From Azolla caroliniana (lineage: Eukaryota > Plantae > Polypodiophyta), in NCBI GenBank assembly GCA_043228905.1, contig JBHGNT010000005.1, forward strand, positions 2,356,001-2,420,000: DNA of 64,000 nt, read 5' to 3'. The notes below the pieces were generated by a model. That model saw only the letters and a program-made list of their open reading frames with translations, ran no database searches and had not been told where the DNA came from. The position numbers and the translations under genes were made by a program. Positions 26,194 through 38,481 of the stretch are shown piece after piece (position 1 is the stretch's first letter; each line of letters begins with the position of its first letter).

Positions 26194-26350
26194 ATCATAA
26201 TTAGCTTACTCCGATTCAAACCCAATTTTCTCACCTCGTTATTACTTCATACATATCTCTTAATTTACTAGATGCCACGGATGACATTGTGGAATGTAGA
26301 GATTGAATTCATGACCTCTTAGTCTCCATTGGCAACCAACTGAGCTACAT
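26191..26350 (-). mobile_element. tRNA-derived SINE, copy A
   Basis: Minus strand reads GATGTAGCTCAGTTGGTTGCCAATGGAGACTAAGAGGTCATGAATTCAATCTCTACATTCCAC..., then the shared tail, ending in (GA)n. Confidence 0.7.
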
Positions 26351-26883
26351 CTCTTTCTCAGACAAGTATAAAAGCAAGAAAAGAAGACGAGCACTAACAG
26401 TCGAGGGAAGTAATTGATTACAAGCAACCGAAGACAAAAGCCAAATATCATGAGGAAGTAGTTGGAACACGCCGAGTTAGGTGAAAGCTATATAATCAAG
26501 AAGGGACAAACACAAAAAGGGGGGATCGCTAGAGACTGAATATACCCCGAGTGACAGAAGCTAGGTCTAGAATTGTATTGAGTGAGTGATCATTACCGAT
26601 TCTACTCGGTCTTTTGTACTATCATTATTATATGTTAGAAATCGAATACTTATAGTTGTGGGTCAATCTTTGTGTCTGTCTCATTCTAAATATATTGTTA
26701 CTTATTGCCGGCGGTATGTAAAACGTGATTACGAATAAGTAGTGATCTATTCGAGGTGTGTCCATTAACGGGTGTAACGATTCAACCCCTACTCGGGTTC
26801 CTAGTCTCTTACGCACCATAATTCCTTGACCCGATTACTCAAGAGGAGTAATCGAATGTATTCGATCCAGGAAGGAACAACAA

Positions 26884-27051
26884 TTGTTACACTACAAGCA
26901 CTATGTCTTGGTTTGAAACCAATTAGCTCACCTCTCTATTACATACTTCATACATATCTCTTTTAATTAACTAGATGCCATTGTGGAATGTAGGGGTTGA
27001 ACCCATGACTTCCCGGTCTCCATTGGCAACCTTACCAACTGAGCTACATCC
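26884..27051 (-). mobile_element. tRNA-derived SINE, copy B (best preserved)
   Basis: Minus strand reads GGATGTAGCTCAGTTGGTAAGGTTGCCAATGGGAGACCGGGAAGTCATGGGTTCAACCCCTACATTCC, with Pol III A-box TAGCTCAGTTGG and B-box GGTTCAACCC. A ~100-bp non-tRNA tail is shared with copies A and C. Confidence 0.78.
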
Positions 27052-27052
27052 A

Positions 27053-27104
<52 letters not shown>

Positions 27105-27109
<5 letters not shown>

Positions 27110-27356
27110 AACACAAAATTATATTAATAAATGTGTGTAAAAACACACTACTTACAATGGGTGTGACAATGGTGTATCTCTCTCTCTCTCTCTCTCACAC
27201 AAAATTATATTAATAAATGTGTGTAAAAACACACTAATTACAATGGGTGTGACAATGGTGTATCTCTTTCTCTCTCTCTCAAGTGAAAACACAAAATTAT
27301 ATTAATAAATGTGTGTAAAAACACACTACTTACAATGGGTGTGACAATGGTGTATG
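27105..27356. repeat. Three ~72-bp units separated by (CT)n spacers
   Basis: cacaaaattatattaataaatgtgtgtaaaaacacacta.ttacaatgggtgtgacaatggtgtat occurs three times, each preceded by a CT run. Confidence 0.93.
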
Positions 27357-27599
27357 GTCACCCACTAACTACACTACATGGGTAATGGAACATGCTGAAT
27401 TGTCAATAGGCAAGACAAACACTCCACTGAGTAAAGACTTTCTACTTGCTCCAATAAAGAAATCTGTCACATTAGTATTCCCTTCAACTTTCGTATATAT
27501 GCTTTCACTCCCTATCTACCATCGAATACAAAAGTGTTGTGCATGTCCCAATTATGATGGAATCCCCAATATCTCAAAAAATAGGAAAACAATCTCCAT

Positions 27600-28562
27600 C
27601 TCTGATTTTGGGTCAACCAGTGTAATTTGTGCAAACACCCATTGTCTAGGTGTCAAATAACACCGTGATAAAACTTGCCAATTTTGAGAAATGTAACTCC
27701 AAATCTAACAAGAAATCAGACATTGTATAAATCTATGAGTATTATCTTCCATTTGAACAATGCAAAAGTAGCAATTACCCGTTGTTGGTCCACGGTGCTT
27801 TAGAACAATTCTTCGAATGAAGACCTTTGCGACGAGTGGCAATTTAAAATACCAACTACGTTGTAAGATCTACCACCACCCATGATTAGATTTGTGTATT
27901 TTCCATTCTTCTTCAGCCTTAGATGATAGCCATCCAAGATGCTCAACAGAGCAATGATACAAATGATTAGTAGTCACTTGTAACAACAACGTTTGACCCC
28001 ATAAAACACCAATCAATCCACGATTGTTCTCCTGTTTCCAGAGGTAAGGGGAACACATGAAGAGCCCTGAATCCTAAGTGAAATATATCCATTCAGTAAT
28101 TGCCACCATGAAGCCTTAATCATTGTCCTCCCATGTATTAAACCCTTGTTCTCAATGAAATATTGAACAATAGATATCCATGGTTGTGAGTTTGAACACG
28201 TCTTGTAATAATGAAAATCTACAAGCCATCATATGCATAGATAAGTTCAATATTCCAGCTCCTCTCAAGCGCTTACGTATTGCTAGATGATTCCACGCAA
28301 CCCATGTGATTCCCATCTTATCCCTCTTCTTCCACAACAAATATCGAAGAGGTTGCAAAATAAGATGCAAAGCCTTCTTTGTCCATGACAATAATGGAAA
28401 GTAATATAATATCATGGGTTCCATAATACATTGTACAACCTTCAAGTGTACATGAAATGACCAAGATTGTGACTTCCGATACATGAACTTATCCCTCAAC
28501 TTACTAGACATCCATTCAGTCAATTGACCATTTGTAACATTCATTCCTAATGGATTGCCCAA
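27600..28562 (-). mobile_element. Degenerate L1-clade LINE ORF2 fragment (post-RT region)
   Basis: ORF 28152-28562 reads LG.PLG...KVVQCIMEPMILYY...YLLWKK...WVAWNHLAIRKRLRGAGILNL, matching the LINE motif W..VAW.......K..GG.G..NL. Stops and frameshifts are present. Confidence 0.7.
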
Positions 28563-28574
28563 GTGTGTGTGTGC

Positions 28575-28609
<35 letters not shown>

Positions 28610-28612
<3 letters not shown>

Positions 28613-29320
28613 ACTAATGGTTTTCATTACGAAAGAAAAAAACACCACCATGACTAACTTACTCTAAAGTATAGAAACTTCTATCTAGGGATCTAAATAT
28701 TACTCTACTACGACTCCAAAATCGATGACATCCTACACACCAATTTAAATTATGAATATGATTATATGTGACCTTGCAGATTTCTCTCTTAGCAAGGTTA
28801 AGATTTCGTGACTTCGCATTGTCAATTGCCACAAAAGAAGTCCTTTTAACTTACAACATATTTCTCACCCCAACTTGCGAATCAAAAGGGAAGACATTCC
28901 ACATATTCCAATTGACCATAGCCCCAATACCTCAAGAACTCAAAAATAATTTGGAAACGAGGCATCGCTTCATTGTTCTCCATATGTGCAAAAATCGAAC
29001 TACATAAGATAGGCTTAGTCCAGTTAGAGACATCCACACTAAATTGATACACCTCCAAACCATCCTAGCCATCAAGCATGAAAGAAATTGATGCCTACTA
29101 TGTTCCAATTCCACTTAACAAAAGAAGCATGTTCCTCTAGCAATATTTCCTTTTTTTAATGCAACCATAATGGTAAAGCTCTAACCATAACTCTCCAAAT
29201 GAATACCTAAGCTCGTAGCATCAATCGTGAACATCGTGTCACCAACCTGCCTTGATCGCATGAAAGCACCAGGTAATGGACTTACGAAAACCTCGTATCT
29301 TCATAACCCTTTATTCCATC
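28610..29320 (-). mobile_element. Degenerate LINE 3' end (zf-RVT region); 3' segment duplicated at about 30447-30625
   Basis: ORF 28932-29114 contains EHSRHQFLSCLMARMVW (zf-RVT H..F.C..A..VW). Segment 28610-28790 is repeated at about 30447-30625. Confidence 0.6.
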
Positions 29321-29352
29321 CACTTATGCTTGTCTCTCTCTCTCTCTCTCTT

Positions 29353-30410
29353 TCTAAATATCTTGGTATTTATTAACCCACCACAAATAAACGGAGTGCA
29401 TGCTTTGATTCTAGGCTTCAAGTCAATTGGAAATCATGTTAGCTTTTGAAGAACCAATGCAACCAAAGTGATACTTGTGCTTTATGGAGTAGAAATATAG
29501 GGTAGCGCCATCTCTCTTGATGCATGGAATGAGATTGAGAAAATTCAAAAGATGTTTTTAAGGAGGCAATTAGGAGTTAAATGCACTACCTCTTACTAGG
29601 TTATGCTCTTGGAAACAAGTGTTCAGCCCATAGAGATATTGGCACTCCAAAGAGTATATAGATACATTACAAAAGTCGAGAATATGCTGAATCATTGATT
29701 ATCACATCTTCCTTGGAATGCTGGATGTAAGCAACAAACAAATCATCAGAGTAAATTTCTCTCATCCGGTTAGGTTGTTGATATATGAAAATGGTTCAAA
29801 AGATGGGGTGTGGATGATCTTTTAGAGATTTCGAGCAATGTTATGCTTTATATAATGATCGAAGAAAGGCTGGTGGAATCATTAAGGATGAAATGGGAAG
29901 ATGCTAAGAGGACAAAGGTAGAATACTACATTGCAAATGTCAACCCTGGATGTTGGTCTCCATATAATGCAAGAATGCTTATTGATCATATCAAACATGA
30001 TCTCATTACCAATATGAGTAGTAATGCTCATAGAGCCCTCACACTACTTCGCACCAGAGCTCACAAGTTAGGTATGAAGTTGCATCATGGTATCAAAATG
30101 TAACAAAAATTAAGGGCATGTAAAGTATGCAACGAAGGCATGGTAGAGGATGAATGTCACTTGCTCTTCACATGCTTGGCATATAGTGCAATTTGTTCAA
30201 GATATGATGACATATTAAGGGGGAGTGATAACTTAAGTGCCATATTTAAGACACCACGTAGAAGGTTGAGCTCATATGTGTATGCCTTATTCACGCATAG
30301 AGCCTTTGTGCTTCAATGCATGAATACCCGTTTTTAGGAAGGCGACACATATCAAGAACACACTCTTTTCCCATAGGTCAGAATTGGCCTCTTTATGGAC
30401 GATAAAAATT

Positions 30411-30446
<36 letters not shown>
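29353..30446 (+). mobile_element. 5'-truncated LINE (RTE-like) 3' end with (CT)n tail
   Basis: Fragments LLYGVEI.G...WNEIEKIQKMFLRRQLGV, LLRTRAHKL and CKVCNEGMVEDECHLLFTC..Y (C-terminal CCHC knuckle). CT runs flank it on both sides. Confidence 0.72.
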
Positions 30447-30450
<4 letters not shown>

Positions 30451-33017
30451 AATAATGGTGTTCATTATGAAAGAAAAAACACTACCATGACTAACTTACT
30501 ACAAAGTATAGAACCCTTCTATCTAGGGATCTAAAGACTACTACGACACCAAACTCAATGCCACCCTACACACCAATTCAAATGGCGAATATGATGATAT
30601 GTGACCTTGTAGAGTTCTCTCTCTCTCATTGTGCCCTTCCTACAACTTTTATACAATGCTCAACATGTTTTTTATCCGATCATTTAGATTTAAAAACTTA
30701 TTTGTTTATCACTTATTGTTCTAAATTAGTCCTAAAACTTAAAGCATATTTACTTTTCATATTTTTATACATCGCGGCCACTCTACCTTTTCACACCCAT
30801 CACACAATCTATGGGATTGTGCCTAACTATCATATCTCTAATTGAATGAGGTGTGAGATCATTCACACGAAAGCACAAGGGATGAATAAATATGAGGTTT
30901 AACATTTTACGAGTGTCATGTGGTTAACATGTGCAGAGATGAAGGTGGTTGAGTTTGGTGCAACAAATGTGATCATCTCTAAAGCAAGGCTCACATCTCT
31001 TGTTAGTGGTGATACATTGTTGTTGAGAAAAAAGTGAGTTTGACGCGCCCCATCTTCTTAACTATTTCTTCATATGTTGCATCCACAAGGAACTCAAACT
31101 TTTGCTTTATGCATATTTTGAAATGTTTATCTGCTCCCATGCAAATCTAGGAAGTCAATATGAGGTTTTGTTTTAAACCTTAAAAGCTCATCATGCCTAT
31201 GATCTCAATAATAGGTTATCTAGCGTGAAATGTTAAGAAACATATGGTGTTTGTGTAGCAACTTGAAGAAGCTCGTTGAATAACAATGGGGACATTTTAA
31301 AAATCTCTTAAAGTGGGCTTAAAAATCAATATCCCATACCTAAAAAGTATCACTTTGGCTAGGTGTTTCGTGAGTCATGGGACTAGTGACGAGCTTGTAT
31401 GCACAAGGAAAATGTTGGAGGGGTTCATTCTCTCATAGATCAAGACCACTTACCGAATACATTATCTTTCATTGTATCCTAACTCGTCTAGTAGTACCTC
31501 GCCATAAAAAAAGGAAGGAGGTTAAATAATGGGATGAGATATTGCCCAATCATGAGAACTATACCTATGTTTGGAATGGAACCAATTGATCTAGAGTAGG
31601 CGTATCCATGTTACATTTGACATTGGTTGCAATTTCATTAGATATGGTTACATTCTATACACTTCAAATTTATGCAAGGGTGTTTTGGCCCTTTAAATGT
31701 TTTTAGTGCTATGGTTATGAACTTATATGTCAATATGTATATGATTTTTGTAGAGGTTTCTTTGCAAGTGGCGCCTTGGTTGTCATTGATCCTACAAAGT
31801 CTATGACTTCCTTACTCCTACAATAAACCATCGTGAAATGTTTTTCTCATAATGTAAATGTTTCCCATGAGAATTGTGCCTAAAATTGGAAAAGAAACAA
31901 GTGACTTGCAATAGATATATTCATATTACATTGAAATCAATTGTCGATTTTCTAGTATTGGTTACATTTGCATGTTTTTAATCTAAGCATAAATTATTTT
32001 GGAGTTATGGTTATTCAATTATGCATTCCATTATGCCAACCAAGAGGTTTGTAGGTAATCAATGTCACCCTTATTTATGTCAACTAAGAGTTTAGAGAGC
32101 TTCCTTATTCATACAATAAAACATCTCATATTCTTTTTGGCATAATATGAATATGAACAATATAATTGTTCATGTCTCAAGTTGTTGATGCCCTAGTATG
32201 TTCAAAACCACGAGTTTTGGAACATAAAAATCATGTTACCTCATTAAGTTGGTCATTAAGTTGGATGGTTTGCCAAATAAATTGCGTGTGACCTCCATGT
32301 TAAAAGTCATTTAATGTAATCATAACATTGATATGGTAATATATTTCAACAACATTGTTGTAAAAAGAATTAAAAATGCATGATTGTTGTAATTAGTCAT
32401 CCATGACATGTTAATGAGATTGGTTGGGCAAGCCATACCATATTGTGCTTGAACTCTATAAATAGTATTACGTAAAATCAATAGGCACATGCAATTGTTG
32501 GTCAAGATGGAGGTGGAGTTTCTATATGAGATGTTGAATGCATGATGGGGTGTGAAAATTACATACAAATGGAACCAAACTATAATGTGGACTATAAAAT
32601 CATATCTAGATGTCAATTTTTTTTATAAAGGCAATAACATTTGAATTATAGTGTGAACAAAATGAAGAGAAAAGTATGATTGTTGGGGATGCATGAAAAA
32701 TAGCTAATTGCAAATTCATCAATAGATGTTGCATCACGAGGAAGTGGTATGATAAATATAAGTTACAACCAATCTCAGGGTTACATTAGTTACATGACAA
32801 TGTATATAAGCATATTAGATACAAATTTACAATATATGGGATGTTTGATTATGAGTCAATGATTTGAGAGTGCAACAATATTAATGACAAGATGGTAAAG
32901 TCAAATGTTACGGATACAAAAGAGAATCATAGGAGTACTATATATAGTGTCAATAAGGCTTCTAAATCGAATATAGTAGGAATTGAAGATAGGAGAGGCA
33001 TTGCTTATAATATAACA

Positions 33018-33410
33018 ATGACGAAGCACGAGTGTTTGCATGTGGTATCTTGTTCTATTGGTGTTGTGATGGTTGTATTGGTTGCATCAATTGCATTCAT
33101 GGCTGAGATTGAACCAGTACAAGCAACATGTGGGCCTTATGTTAGCAATTTGTGTGTGTATGGAGGCAACTCTAGCGCATGTGATGCCTATTGTAAGTCG
33201 TGTCACCCACGCTTTGGTATTTTGTGTACTAGCAATGATTGTATCTTCTGCACAAATTGTACCTCTGGTTACTGCATTGGATTGTGGTGCTTTTGCAACT
33301 CTCCCTGTAGCTCCACTTGCTCTACCACAAGCACCTCCCCTGCTCCTTCGCCTTCCGCTCTTATGTCTTCACCTACACCCTCTCCTACAACTTCACCTAC
33401 ACCAGCTTGA
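33018..33410 (+). CDS. Secreted cysteine-rich defensin-like protein with C-terminal Ser/Pro/Thr-rich (AGP-like) tail
   Basis: Signal-peptide-like VVSCSIGVVMVVLVASIAFMAEIEPVQA, then 14 Cys including CDAYC, GYC and CFC (CS-alpha-beta motif), then STTSTSPAPSPSALMSSPTPSPTTSPTPA*. The ORF is open upstream to 32892, so the start is uncertain. Confidence 0.75.
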   Translation: MTKHECLHVVSCSIGVVMVVLVASIAFMAEIEPVQATCGPYVSNLCVYGGNSSACDAYCKSCHPRFGILCTSNDCIFCTNCTSGYCIGLWCFCNSPCSSTCSTTSTSPAPSPSALMSSPTPSPTTSPTPA

Positions 33411-33929
33411 TCAAGCATTCTTGAATAATAATGTTATGTTGTTCCTCGTGCAAACTATGCCATTGTTGTAATGGCTCTAACCCCCTTAATCACACAATAA
33501 TAATTCCATGAATTAAGCAAATCTAATTTTGTCTTTTTCACATGATAATAAAGTGGTTCTATTCATTTATCGACCACAAAAGTTTAATTGAAGTTGTTAT
33601 TTATTTGTACTGTTTGTAAGGACAATCTTGTTGTTGTCACCATTTGTAGCATAGTAGAATTTTGTATTGATATCGTGAAGCTAGGTATTCATGATCACGT
33701 TGCTAATATACTTGATTATTGTTGTGACTCTCTCTTGCTCAACTCAACTTCAATCCTCGTAATGGTCTTAACCTCAACTCACATATTGTTATCCATTCCC
33801 CATGTATCTATGTTGAAAACTTGTAAATCTCTTTGTTCACAAAGATATTGCATAGCAATTATATGTAATCAAGGAAAATTGTAGTCCAATAGAAGTAGGC
33901 CAACACAACTATGAAGTAGATGAGTAAAT

Positions 33930-35650
33930 AAACTAAGGCAATGCCTTGGTGAAGATATTAGTTATTTGATATTCAAGCTTCATGTGTTTTAAATCAACAA
34001 TGTTGCAAGTTATCTTCTCTCGTGCATAATGGTAATGTACTTCCGTATGTTTGGTGCAATTATGAAACATTGGAGTCATTGCAACATGATTGACAACACC
34101 TTCAATTATCCTCTCTCGTACATCGTGATAATGTACTTTTATATGTTTGGTGCAAGCATGAAAATTCGGATTCTTTACCAACATGGTTAAGCTAATAATA
34201 CAGGAGCAAATTATCATTGTCCTTGGATCTTCAATTCCAATATATTAAAGAACTCTTTCCATTCATGTACCTTCACATGTTACTTGAGTAGTAGCTCTAA
34301 ATTCTCCTTTTGTTGTCTTAATGAATTCATTTGATGTTTTTTTGACAATCATGTTAAAACTTAAAACAAAGCAAAGATGACCACTTGTACTTCTTCATGT
34401 CTCCTCGTGATCACATGCTCAATCTGCATAACTATAAATCTAAAGTCATAAATTATTATAATTAATTAGCATATGTACATATGTCCATAATCAGTTATAA
34501 CTTATACCTTTTGACATATTGATTATCCTCTTCATTACAACCATGTAAGCATATATTTACAACCAACATGAACATAAGAAACATCAAGACTTGTAACAAT
34601 TAAATCATGTACTTTTCTAACCTAAAAATATTTAAATTCACTCTTATCTTTCATCTCAAATTCATTTGAAGGACTCCTTTTATTACCATATACTAAATTA
34701 TCATAATTCTAGTGATAATCAAATCACATGCATATAAATTAATAATCACCTTTGACATATTGAGTATCCTCTTCATTACAACCATGTAAGCATATATTTA
34801 CAACCAACATGAACATAAGAAACATCAAGCCTTGTAACAGTCAAACATTTTGCCACTAACCTTGCTTTAAACATTTTCACCGTTCCACCAACATTATACT
34901 TTACCTTGTAACCCCACTTCAAATCGATACCTTCTTACCAATAGGTGTATGTACCGTTGCAACATCTTTTTTAAGCAATGCATCAATTTCTTCCTTTATT
35001 GTAATTACCCTATCCTCCGTTTTACTTGCTTCTTCGTATGAATTACTAATTAGATTATTTCCTTTTTCTAATTCTCAATGTGAATAAACAATGATTACCA
35101 AATAGAGATTCATATGTTAATCTTTCTAGTGTTGGGCAAATTCTTTCGCTTGTAGAGCTTCTAGGCTCAAAACTATTCCATGGTTAATATCATCATTGAT
35201 TTGATTATCACTTTCCACTTCACTTTCATTTGATTTAACATCTTGGAACTCATCTTTCTCACTGACCCTAACATTATCGATGGGCATGCTTGTTTTGCAA
35301 TCAAAATCGTCCAACCATGTGATTCATCAAATTTAACATCTCTTACGCATAAAACTTATTACCTTGAGGACCATAAAGTCTATAACCACTATCGATAACA
35401 TCAATACCCAAATGTATTCATTTTGTAAATTTTTCATCAAGCTTACTTCTCACTTAGTACATGAATATCGAATGCAACCATAACATCTCAAACTATTTGC
35501 ATTTGGTCTCTTACCCAAAAATATTTCATATGTTATATATAATTACCAAACACATATGTGGGCATTTGATTTATTAATGTGATCAAATAATGGCAAGCAT
35601 GTTCATTCACGTCAAGCACCATGGCCTTTGTTATACAATTTTGCATTAGA
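33930..35650 (-). mobile_element. Highly degenerate Ty1/Copia retrotransposon internal region
   Basis: Copia RNase H signature NPNFHACTKHIKVHYHDVRE (locally duplicated) and QITNIFTKALP. Upstream remnants resemble KLDEK....I.LG..GYRL...RDVKFDE and VGYKVKY.VGGTVKMFKARLVAK. Confidence 0.75.
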
Positions 35651-36328
35651 TATGAAATAAATCATGTTGACATTATGGTTTTCCTATTGCATTGATTTCA
35701 AACATGCATTTAAATTCACAAAAATTGCAAACTTAATCGTTACAATGTATAAAATATGTACATACCACTCTAGAATATATCATTACTAAATGGAATAAAA
35801 TACCATGAGCCTCCAAGACTTGATTCTTATGAAGGGCCCCAAACATAAGTATGAACAATCTCCAAAGGTTCTTTACTTGTAATATTCCCCTTTTATTTTT
35901 TCTATCTCAAGGTTGGAACATAACAATACATTACATGAAAGGAGAAAATGTGTAGTGATGTTGTTTACAAATGTATTGTTAATGGTAAATGTTATACACG
36001 ACAATGAAACATATTATATCGAACCAATCATTGGGATGCACACTTGTTATAAAAATAATAATTATAGATTTGCAACAATCACCACATGGGTCATCGTATA
36101 GACACATAAGTCAATCCCCATCGTTTATGAATCAGGCTATAGGAGGCCATTACACAATGTAATATGCAATATTGCAAATTAAAACAACATTAATATATGT
36201 AGTTATGAAGAGGCAAGGAAAGAGAAGTGACGACAATTGGGTTTTGAACCCGAGAAGTAGTGCTAATAATGTAACAACTTACTGCTAGGATAAGGTGATT
36301 AAGATAGAGAGAGAGGGAGAGGGAGACC

Positions 36329-37096
36329 CGGATGAATATAGCTCGTTGGTAAGCTTGCCCAATGGAAACCAGGAGGTCATGGGTTTAACCCTTACATTCT
36401 ATTAGGATCGGAACCGGCCACAACCGATTGCTCATATACGTGTTCGGCCCTCGGGTGCAAAGAAAAAACCGAGCAAGGTAATGCACAGACAAAAACAGAA
36501 AACGAAAAACTCAGAAATGAGACACGGATATTTTATGTGGAAAACCTGAATCGGGAAAAACCATGTGGAGTCCACAAACTCCAAACATATCACTGTAAGG
36601 GGAGGAGTACAACAAGAGGATGCAAGGCAACAACCTTGAACTCTTCTTTGTCAACTGACGACTACAGAATTACACTCACACACACTCTCTCTCTTCACAG
36701 TTATAGAGGCAACAACTTTCTCTAACTATATGACAACTATAATGACACAACTACATAACGTAACGATTGCCCTAGATGTATTTATATTAATACAACATTC
36801 TGGATTATTTACAAATATGGCCCACTAATGGCACATTTTGACTATTTACAAATATAATCTCCCGAATCAGCTATATAATCAATTTTCGATTTCAGCCTCG
36901 GCCGAATTGCCCATTGGTTCCATCCGATTCGGCCCGTGCTCTTCCCATCCGGAGGGACCTATTTTCCCAACACATTCCATAGTGACATATAGTAAATTAA
37001 GAGATACATAATCCGGGGTAATAGAAAGGTGAAAATTTTGGATTTTGAACCCAAGACGTAATGCTAGTAATGTAACAAGCTAATTACAAGAGAGAG
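36329..37096 (+). mobile_element. tRNA-derived SINE, copy C, interrupted by a solo LTR
   Basis: Head ggatgaatatagctcgttggtaagcttgcccaatggaaaccaggaggtcatgggtttaacccttacattc (to 36399). The tail resumes at 36973 (cattccatagtgacatatagtaaattaagagata...) and ends in gagagag. Confidence 0.75.
36400..36972. mobile_element. Solo LTR (573 bp) with 5-bp target-site duplication CATTC
   Basis: Termini TATTAGGA (decayed TGTTGGGA) ... TCCCAACA. CATTC lies at 36395-36399 and at 36973-36977. Confidence 0.82.
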
Positions 37097-38481
37097 AACG
37101 TATTATTATTTGTGAGAATTATAGAGTAGAACGAGATAACCATGAAATAAAGCATTCATGTGTCCTTACTTGTTTCCCACTAGAGAATCACGTCTTTCAC
37201 TACACAGGAGCACTAAGATCATGAATGCAACATGCATGATTATTATTCATGACAAACTAAATCTGAACATGGCATATATAGTAAACAGTGACCACAATAA
37301 AGATCAATGCTCCTAACCAGCTAATTGTACATCAAACATGTAGAGTCAACATCTTGCAAAAATGTGAAATAGCATATTCAATGTTGGTAGTGCATGCAAT
37401 CCTTAACATGTAAGCATATATATACAATGAAAACAACATTGCAACGATGTTTTGGCAAACATAGTTGCAATATCTTGACAGAGACTCAGGCATAGTCCAT
37501 CAATATATATTAAGCATGTATGTACTTCTTCTTGATTTAGCAATTGTGCCCCCTCCACCTTTGATGCATAAGATGATGATGATGTTCAAGTATTGTATCA
37601 TCATCTATTGTTGCTCATGGCTTACACATGGCATCAAAGGATGAAACATTCACCTACAACTCTCGGTGATTGATTAAATATGGTGAGCAAAACGAGATCC
37701 ATGAATCATATTTGCTTATGTGAAATGGGAAGGCCTTTCTAAACTAAGAGCCCATGGTGGACGGTGAAAGTTGGGATATACAATAGGGAATAATCGGTCG
37801 GTCGGTGGTTTCCACATCATTCGGGAAGACCTATTCCAAAGATGGGCTCATGATCACATTCTCAACAACAAAAAATACAATGCATCATGGACGAGGGAAC
37901 ATGAGCAGGGTTGTCGAGATGACTATACAACCAACCGAGGAATGAGACAAAATCTTCTTCTTCGCTAGCTCATGTAAATGTTTCTGAGAGAGGTGCGTGT
38001 GATATGCATCCGTTGATAAGAAAAAGCATTCGATTCGACGCATTAAAGAGAAAAACTAATGGTAGTAGTGTCTACGATATGCATGCATTGATCAGGAAAG
38101 CATTCGATGCATTAAAAAGAAGAGCTAATGCGAGAGTGTCCATTACCCATTATGCTCTTGGGCCCAGGGTTGTAGTCACCGAAAAGGTGCGGCTTTTTGG
38201 TGAAGGAGCACAAACAAACAAGAATTACCAAAACAATAAAAGAAGACTCAGCACGAAAATATCTAAACACCATTAGCAACACGTGGAATAACGAGAAAAA
38301 TGCGCAGACGAACAAATGCTCACATTATTTTAGTCTGTCTTCAGTTCTCACTCCTGGGGCCCTTTCTCTCGACGCAAGCCCTCAGCGACGAACAGAAGAA
38401 GTCTCTTTCTCTTCCTCCCCCTCAGATCGCACATTTTCCGTCTCTTGATCTGCTTCTCCTTCCAGAGAAAGTTTCATCTCC

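Noticed and set aside
26980-27051. Functional tRNA gene
   Set aside because: No convincing anticodon arm or cloverleaf, no oligo-T terminator, and several decayed copies share a non-tRNA tail, so it is better explained as a SINE.
30880-31600. Possible hAT transposase relic (…VVEFGAT…SAPM…FVLN…)
   Set aside because: Similarity is too fragmentary to support without a search.
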